A stretch of DNA of 13,106 nucleotides from Candidatus Nanohaloarchaea archaeon (GTDB taxonomy: Archaea > Nanohalarchaeota > Nanosalinia > Nanosalinales > Nanosalinaceae): NCBI GenBank assembly GCA_042217695.1, contig JBDGSE010000015.1:1-13106 (forward strand), in the 5' to 3' direction. Position numbers and translations under genes: made by a program. How positions within the stretch are numbered: position 1 is the first letter of the stretch; every line of letters begins with the position of its first letter. Below are positions 1 to 5,419 of this stretch, one piece after another. The notes under the pieces were generated by a model. The model did no database searches and was not told the origin of the DNA. It was given only the letters and a program-made list of their open reading frames with translations.

Positions 1-157
1 TAACTGATATCCAGTGCCCCAGGTGCGCGGGTCCCGAGGTCTCGTAGCCGACATAGGTCCTTGGAGAATCCTTTTCCAGTACATCATCAAGTTCGTCTTC
101 TGTAACGATTTCCTCGGTGTTCCTTAACACCAGCTCCTTTCTCTCTTTCTTGTCCAT
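1..157 (-). CDS. tyrS: Tyrosyl-tRNA synthetase, 5' part (runs off the left edge of the window)
   Basis: Manual translation from ATG at 157: MDKKERKELVLRNTEEIVTEDELDDVLEKDSPRTYVGYETSGPAHLGHWISV. This has the archaeal TyrRS N-terminal pattern (RNTEEIVT..EL; Y-x-G-Y-E-x-S-G) and the class I HIGH-type motif HLGH. SD-like AGGTGG lies just upstream. Not in the ORF track. Confidence 0.92.
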   Translation of the reverse strand, partial: MDKKERKELVLRNTEEIVTEDELDDVLEKDSPRTYVGYETSGPAHLGHWISV

Positions 158-302
158 CAGTTCCACCTACAAGATGTTTGAGAAGGAAATTCTTAAGTCA
201 GAGCTGGGTCTGGAGGGTTTTGAATGTTCAAACACGGCCGGGATAAAAGTACCCACCTTTCATTGGAGGTCAACACTGTTTTCTTTCTCGATTATTAAAA
301 CT

Positions 303-818
303 CTATTCCCCGGCGATGTCCGCTGTTTCTCCATCTGTTACCTCTTTCAGTTTTTCCGGGGAGAGTTTCGCGCCGACCAGTCTTGAGCCCGCCGCCGGCC
401 TCACCATGTCGTTTTCCATCACCGATTCCTCGATGTAGACAGGGATGTCCAGGTCGAAGGGGGAGACTCCACCGACCACGTACCCGGTAGCCTCTTCCAC
501 CTCGGAGGGAGATGCCAGCTCCACTTCTTCTTCAAGAAGACGTTCCAGTTTTTCCTCCGATACCCGTTTATCTCCGGCGCAGAGGACCGCGACAGGCTCT
601 TCTCCCATGAAAACGAGAGTCTTCACTATCTGGGATTTATCGATGTTGGAGTGCTGGACGGATTCTTCGACGGTCTCTGCCTTGGCGTGTATCTCGAAAT
701 CCAGGTCCAGGCCGTTTTTCCTGGCGTATTCCACTACTCTCTGTATGTTTTCGAGGTCTTCCTCCAGGAACTGTGTGAATGTCTCCATCTCCTCCAGGGT
801 CTGGTCAAAAGCTTTCAT
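303..818 (-). CDS. YbaK/EbsC-family aminoacyl-tRNA deacylase (trans-editing, INS superfamily)
   Basis: Motifs QIVKTLVF (conserved Lys), ATGYVVGGVSPF and AAGS. The track start (941) overlaps the pilin gene; ATG 818 (upstream AGGTAAG) or ATG 788 (upstream GGAGG) is more likely. Confidence 0.88.
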   Translation of the reverse strand: MKAFDQTLEEMETFTQFLEEDLENIQRVVEYARKNGLDLDFEIHAKAETVEESVQHSNIDKSQIVKTLVFMGEEPVAVLCAGDKRVSEEKLERLLEEEVELASPSEVEEATGYVVGGVSPFDLDIPVYIEESVMENDMVRPAAGSRLVGAKLSPEKLKEVTDGETADIAGE

Positions 819-847
819 CTTACCTGTGTTCTGCTCCAAAATTTTTT

Positions 848-1288
848 CTAACTCTCGATGTTCCAGGTGATATCTCCGCTGGCCCTCAGGTTTTCCAGAC
901 CGGCCTTGTCGTACTTCAGTCTCACGTCGAAGGTGTTGCATGACTCCGACCGGTTGAACCCATCTATCCTTGCCACGGTCGAGGCACCGACGGCCAGAGT
1001 GCTCTCGAGTTCGCGCCTGATTTCGGTGTTTTTCCGCTTCAGGGTTAGATCTGTTAAAGTGATCTGTCCTGTCCCCGCGTTTACGAACTGGATCTTCAGG
1101 ACGTGTTTTTCGATTCCGAAGTCCTTCACCTTTACCGGCTCATCCGACCAGCCCGAGTTGGTCCTGGTGCAGTCTGCCGAGGAAGTGTACATCAGGCCGA
1201 CCATGACGATGACCATTATGGCCACGAGCCCGGTCACCGCAAATATACCTATCCCGTAGGTGAGTTTTCCTCCGCCTTTAGAGGGCAT
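848..1288 (-). CDS. Type IV pilin-like surface protein (DPANN 'TYG'-type N-terminus)
   Basis: Short basic leader with KG, then LTYGIGIFAV and a hydrophobic helix. Beta-rich globular domain with two Cys and an NRS sequon; not acidic. Confidence 0.65.
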   Translation of the reverse strand: MPSKGGGKLTYGIGIFAVTGLVAIMVIVMVGLMYTSSADCTRTNSGWSDEPVKVKDFGIEKHVLKIQFVNAGTGQITLTDLTLKRKNTEIRRELESTLAVGASTVARIDGFNRSESCNTFDVRLKYDKAGLENLRASGDITWNIES

Positions 1289-1311
1289 AAAGATTTTTTC
1301 AAGGAGGCTGA

Positions 1312-1317
1312 CTTAAG
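1312..1317. promoter_or_regulatory. Putative shared TATA-like element (CTTAAG) of the divergent pilin/rtcA promoter
   Basis: Palindromic CTTAAG at the centre of a 51-nt spacer, 22-23 nt from both start codons, neither of which has a well-placed SD. CTGACTTAAG also occurs on the minus strand upstream of tyrS (192-201). Confidence 0.45.
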
Positions 1318-1339
1318 CTTTTCCTACTTTAACAGCGTT

Positions 1340-2335
1340 ATGATCGAGATCGACGGGAGCCGGGGAGGCGGACAGATGCTCCGGAATGCACTGAGTCTCT
1401 CTGTGATAGAGCAGGAGCCTTTCCGGATGGAAAACATAAGGGGTTCCCGGTCCAGTCCCGGCCTGAAAAGGCAGCACATGGAGGCGGTGAAGGTGCTCGC
1501 ACGGATTTCCGGTGCGAAGACAGAGGGTCTGTCGGAGGGCTCGACCAGCCTGGAGTTCGTTCCCCGGGGCCTGGAGCCGGAACCGTTCACCGCGAATATC
1601 GGGACTGCGGGAAGCACGACACTTCTGCTGGACGCTGTTATGCCCGTCACGACACAGTTCGACGACTCTTTCCGTCTCCGTGTGAAGGGAGGTACGGATG
1701 TGAGATGGTCGCCTACCGAGCTCTACCACCGTTACGTAAAGCTGCCCTTGCTGAAGAGATACGGTTTTGAGGCAGAGCTCGAACTTGGGAAGACGGGTTT
1801 CTACCCGAAAGGTGGGGGCGAACTCACGCTGGAGACAGAACCCTTCTCCATGCAGCCCGTAAGACCTGGCAGGGGCGAACTCCGCCGCTTTGAGATCTAC
1901 TCCAAGGCCTCTGCCGGACTGAGAGATGCGTCAGTCGCGGAAAGACAGGCCGGTAAGGCCGCGAAAAGGTTGAAGAAGTCGCATATCTCCGTTCCCGTTG
2001 AGAAAAAGCACTGGTACGAGGACACTCTTTCGCCCGGCTCCTCGCTACTGGTAAAAGCGGTCTACGAGGACACGGTCGCGGGCTTTGATGCGCTGGGAGA
2101 GAAAGGCAAGCGCGCGGAAAAAGTCGCTGAGGAAGCCGTCGAGGATTTCGAGGCCTTCCATTCAACGGACGCGAACGTCGACAGCCACATGGCCGACCAG
2201 CTGGCGGTGTTCCTCGGTGTCGTCGGCGGAGAGATCACTGTTCCGGAGGTCACGGATCACGTCCAGACCGGTCTGGAAGTGGTCAGGAAGTTCGGTAAAG
2301 AGGGCGGACTAGACGGACGTTTTATCTCCTTCTGA
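1340..2335 (+). CDS. rtcA: RNA 3'-terminal phosphate cyclase
   Basis: MIEIDGSRGGGQMLRNALSLS, NIRGSRSSPGLKRQH, IGTAGSTTL, GGTDVRWSP, GFYPKGGG, and VDSHMADQL containing the adenylylated His. True start is ATG 1340; the track start 1103 overlaps the pilin gene. The 3' end overlaps the convergent gene by 27 nt. Confidence 0.95.
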   Translation: MIEIDGSRGGGQMLRNALSLSVIEQEPFRMENIRGSRSSPGLKRQHMEAVKVLARISGAKTEGLSEGSTSLEFVPRGLEPEPFTANIGTAGSTTLLLDAVMPVTTQFDDSFRLRVKGGTDVRWSPTELYHRYVKLPLLKRYGFEAELELGKTGFYPKGGGELTLETEPFSMQPVRPGRGELRRFEIYSKASAGLRDASVAERQAGKAAKRLKKSHISVPVEKKHWYEDTLSPGSSLLVKAVYEDTVAGFDALGEKGKRAEKVAEEAVEDFEAFHSTDANVDSHMADQLAVFLGVVGGEITVPEVTDHVQTGLEVVRKFGKEGGLDGRFISF

Positions 2336-3268
2336 CTCCCACCTTGGCGGCAGCTGGTCGGGCCGCTCACGGGCTTTCTGGTCTATCTGGTCGGCTCTGA
2401 ACCGGCTCTGCAGCGGGAAGTACTCTGTCTGCTGATTGTGTTCTGTGCGCGGAACCTTTACGCTGTAGAGCTGCGGTTCTCCCCGGTCGAACAGCAGGTG
2501 TTCAAATATCTCGTCGTGTTCTGCATCGAAATGCAGTTCGTGTACGTGTCCATCGTCAAACGAGGATAGGTGGAGGCTTCTTTCTGGCAGAACGTCTTTC
2601 CTCTGGTAGTTGTAACGCCTGCCGCCCATACCCACCAGGAACTTGTCCTCTATCGCTCTGGCGTAAGGCATGTGCACGTGGTCGTATATGAACATGTCAG
2701 AGTTTTCCAGGCTTGGAGTAACGCCTTTCACCGTGTTCTCGTTCGTGTAACGTTTTACGGAGAAAAGGTTTTCCAGGAACCCTTCGCGTGTGTCGGGCCA
2801 GTTCAGTTCATCTTCCCGCTTGTCATGACTGGGGTGGTGGGCGGCCTGTATCCGGGTTCCCTCTATCTCTGTCTCGAAACCTTCATCGAATATCTCGTAG
2901 TCGACATCTACATCAAATGGTTCCGAGGAGTTTATCTGCCTGAACCATCCGGTAAAGTTCCGTCCCGAGACCTCTTTCTGGTCCTTGTCCTCGTCTCCTG
3001 CCACGAGTTTTACCTCGACATCTTCCAGCGATTCGAGTATCCTGTAGACATCGTTGAAACTGCCGGAGTCGCCGAGTATCCAGGTCTCGTCCACGTCATA
3101 GAACTCTATGTACTCGTTAAGCTGGGAACCGACCTCTTCCAGTTACTGGTCGTGCCGGTTTACCTCTTCGAAGGCGTGTATCTCGGCTATCTTGAGGACG
3201 TTGTAGTTTTCTTCGATTCCAGAGTCTGGCTTGTAGTTGGGCCCGGAGTTGCCGCGCCCACGTCTCAA
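2309..3268 (-). pseudogene. Degenerate calcineurin-like metallophosphoesterase (YfcE/Vps29-like), interrupted by an in-frame TAA at 3143-3145
   Basis: Reading upstream of the track ORF (2309..3094) in frame gives ...NYNVLKIAEIHAFEEVNRHDQ*LEEVGSQLNEYIEFYDVDETWILGDSGS. Motif equivalents: I KIAEIH, II LGDSGS, III VAGDED, IV AAHH, V YDHVHMP. The start is uncertain (TTG 3268, or ATG 3307 with a further TGA at 3284-3286). Confidence 0.6.
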
Positions 3269-3399
3269 GGCAGACCCCGTGTTTCAGAACGCTCCGGATT
3301 TGGACATTCGAGGGGTGGTATGGATACCTCCGCTGAGACCCCTCTCCTCATGGATGAAAATGGAGAAAAATGAATTAAATATGTAACCCATTACAGGCT

Positions 3400-3825
3400 T
3401 TACTCTATCTCCACGTCTCTTCCGCTGTCCTCCGTCTTCTCTGCGCTTACTTCCAGGACCCCGTTCTCGTACTCTGCAGTCACTGTTTCGGGGTCTACCG
3501 GAGAAGGCCAGGCGATTTTCCTTCTGTAGCCACGGGAGGAACGTTCTCTCTGGTAGTAGTTCTCTCCCTCCTCTTCTATCTCCTGGTTCACTTCTGCGGA
3601 GATCTCTACCATCTCCTCGTCGGCCTTCACGTTTATCTCGTCTTTCTGGACGCCTGGCAGATCCGCGGTGAGAACGTATTCGCCGTTCTCTTCACGTAGA
3701 TCTACAGGCGTCTTCGTGGCGATGCTTCCTGCAACATCTCTTCCGAAGTCCTGGAACTGGTTGAAGAACTCCTCCATCTGGTCGAAGAAGTCGTCAAAGC
3801 TGTCCCGTCTTCTGAGTCTTCTCAT
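3400..3825 (-). CDS. hsp20: Small heat shock protein (Hsp20/alpha-crystallin family)
   Basis: TPVDLRE, ADLPGVQKDEINV, YQRERSSRGYRRKI, AEYENGVLEV and a C-terminal VEIE (IxI-type) motif. ATG 3825 is preceded by SD AGGTGGT. Confidence 0.95.
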   Translation of the reverse strand: MRRLRRRDSFDDFFDQMEEFFNQFQDFGRDVAGSIATKTPVDLREENGEYVLTADLPGVQKDEINVKADEEMVEISAEVNQEIEEEGENYYQRERSSRGYRRKIAWPSPVDPETVTAEYENGVLEVSAEKTEDSGRDVEIE

Positions 3826-3837
3826 TGTTACCACCTG

Positions 3838-3859
3838 TTTTTATTTACGTCGATAAAAA
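3838..3859. promoter_or_regulatory. Inverted repeat TTTTTAT-N8-ATAAAAA upstream of hsp20 (candidate operator/promoter)
   Basis: Perfect 7-bp arms filling most of the 36-nt spacer just upstream of the hsp20 SD. Confidence 0.4.
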
Positions 3860-3861
3860 TT

Positions 3862-4065
3862 TTAATCTTTCTGTTTTATGCGTTCCATCTGTTCCTCGAG
3901 GAACTCCACCTGGTCGTGTATCTCGTTTATGAGCTGCTGGGCCTGGTCCTGTTTCTTCTTCATGCTTCCCTTCGCGTTCTCGTCCTTGACCTCTTCGAAC
4001 TCTTCTTCGGCCTCCGTCACTTCCTCTTCCAGCTCCTCCAGTAGCTCGTCGTAGTCCTCTGTCAT
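3862..4065 (-). CDS. Small acidic coiled-coil/helical-hairpin hypothetical protein (67 aa)
   Basis: Acidic composition like the neighbouring genes, heptad pattern, and TTTAAA about 23 nt upstream of the ATG (leaderless-type promoter). Confidence 0.75.
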   Translation of the reverse strand: MTEDYDELLEELEEEVTEAEEEFEEVKDENAKGSMKKKQDQAQQLINEIHDQVEFLEEQMERIKQKD

Positions 4066-4102
4066 AGAAAGGTTTTTCTTCTCGCTGGTTTAAACAAGCT
4101 TT

Positions 4103-4312
4103 GTGAAACGTAAAAACCGCGTAAAGCAGAAGGCAAGAGAGATAGTGGAGGCCGGAGAGAGGCCCTCGGCCGCCCGACTGTCGTCGGAGCTTGACTGGCC
4201 GGAGCAGGACGTCCACCGATGCCTCAACTCTCTCGAAAAGGAGGGCGAGGTCTCCACCTACGGTAGAGAGGTCCTGGGAAAAAAGTACAGGATGGTGGGT
4301 TTGAACCGCTGA
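4103..4312 (+). CDS. Small winged helix-turn-helix protein
   Basis: PSAARLSSELDWPEQDVHRCLNSLEKEGEV followed by a beta-hairpin wing (STYGREVLGKKYRMV). The GTG start is uncertain. Confidence 0.75.
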   Translation: MKRKNRVKQKAREIVEAGERPSAARLSSELDWPEQDVHRCLNSLEKEGEVSTYGREVLGKKYRMVGLNR

Positions 4313-4313
4313 A

Positions 4314-4706
4314 TCACTGTACCTGTGGCGTGGGTACAGGCGGCAGCAGGTTCAACGTGTCCGCGACGCCAACCGCTTCCGAGATAAGCTTGCGGTATAG
4401 CTCGTTCATCAGGGGTGCAGATACCTGATCTGGCAGGTCGTTCTCTTCCTCCCAGGTCTCGAGTATTTCCTCTAGCTGGCCTTTCCAGAGCACGTTGCCT
4501 GACATCTGGATCTCCGCGATCACGGAGTCGTCGGCCTCGTACTGGACCGTGAACTCGTAATCTATCTTCGCCACCTTCTCCTCGAAGGCGTCCACCTCGA
4601 CTTCCTCGACGTCTTCAAGCTCCGGGAGGTAGTTTATCTGGATGTTGCCGGCGGCTTCCTGTTTTTTTGAGGCTTCGAGATTGTCGACATTAAATCCTAC
4701 TATCAT
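4314..4706 (-). CDS. Conserved archaeal hypothetical protein, possibly SecB-like fold
   Basis: MIVGFNVDNLEASK... gives four predicted beta strands followed by helices and a C-terminal LNLLPPVPTP, resembling a family common in DPANN and Euryarchaeota. The SecB-like call is an inference from the secondary-structure pattern. Confidence 0.7.
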   Translation of the reverse strand: MIVGFNVDNLEASKKQEAAGNIQINYLPELEDVEEVEVDAFEEKVAKIDYEFTVQYEADDSVIAEIQMSGNVLWKGQLEEILETWEEENDLPDQVSAPLMNELYRKLISEAVGVADTLNLLPPVPTPQVQ

Positions 4707-4757
4707 ATCTACGTCTTCACACCAAGTTCTTTATTATTTCCGCACCACACCTCTTCC

Positions 4758-5279
4758 ATGGGGTACATCGAACAGTATGGAACACTTATCGTCGCCCTTA
4801 TGCTGGGAGGAGGCTTTGCCTTTGGAGGTATAGCCTCCTACGCAGGTATAGTCGGGGGCGGCTCCTCGAACACCGCCAACCAGGGCCAGCGCAATTTTAC
4901 CCTGCCATCCAGTAATTACGTTGAAGGTGGTTTCAACCGGAGCCTGCAGGTGCAGCGTTACCTGGCGTCCCAGAAGGACGTGGTGTTCACGACTGTTTAC
5001 TACAGTGAAAGGAAGGGGCTGGAGGCTGCAAGGCAGCTGAAGAGCCTGAGGGACGTATTCGGGGACCGGCTCTACATAGCGGCTGCAAACAAGTCAAGAC
5101 ATCAGGTGCCTCTCAGCGAGAGCAGTATAAAGAGTTATCCTGTAGCTGTGCTGCTCGGCGGCAACCAGAACTCGCCCACGGCGGTTGTCAATGAGGTTAC
5201 CTCCAATAGGGTTAGTTCGGCGGCCTGTAGTGTTATTAGAGATCTTGGAGAGCTTGCGGCGTACTGTACTACTAACTAG
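4758..5279 (+). CDS. Membrane-anchored extracellular protein (N-terminal TM helix; possible degenerate thioredoxin-like domain)
   Basis: Hydrophobic residues 9-33, a Gly/Ser/Asn linker, sequons NFT/NRS/NKS, a 'YPVAVLLG' cis-Pro-like strand and a C-terminal Cys pair. Confidence 0.75.
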   Translation: MGYIEQYGTLIVALMLGGGFAFGGIASYAGIVGGGSSNTANQGQRNFTLPSSNYVEGGFNRSLQVQRYLASQKDVVFTTVYYSERKGLEAARQLKSLRDVFGDRLYIAAANKSRHQVPLSESSIKSYPVAVLLGGNQNSPTAVVNEVTSNRVSSAACSVIRDLGELAAYCTTN

Positions 5280-5419
5280 GCGTGGCTCGGGCCGTTATAC
5301 CTGTATCTTATCGCTACACGTCTCTGTTACAGAGTCTCCAGTGTTTCTGAGTATGTTTTAAGGATTTGCAGCTCTGTGTTCCATAGAAGGCTTCCCCGGC
5401 TTTAAAGCGCTCGTGGCTA

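Noticed and set aside
117..386. 89-aa plus-strand ORF
   Set aside because: Overlaps tyrS and the ybaK-like gene on the opposite strand; atypical composition.
1103..1339. N-terminal extension of rtcA in the ORF track
   Set aside because: Overlaps the pilin gene in antisense; RtcA homology starts at MIEIDG (1340).
3143..3145. Stop-codon recoding as the explanation for the internal TAA
   Set aside because: TAA, TAG and TGA all end conserved genes in this window (rpl12 TAA, rpl1 TAG, rpl11 TGA), so the standard code applies.
3265..3351. 28-aa minus-strand ORF MRRGVSAEVSIPPLECPNPERSETRGLP
   Set aside because: No SD or motif support; could be a frameshifted N-terminus of the phosphoesterase-like gene, but this cannot be shown from the sequence alone.
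2570..3373. 267-aa plus-strand ORF, very hydrophobic
   Set aside because: Antisense shadow of the acidic phosphoesterase-like gene (GAR/GAY codons read as L/F/V/I); no motif.
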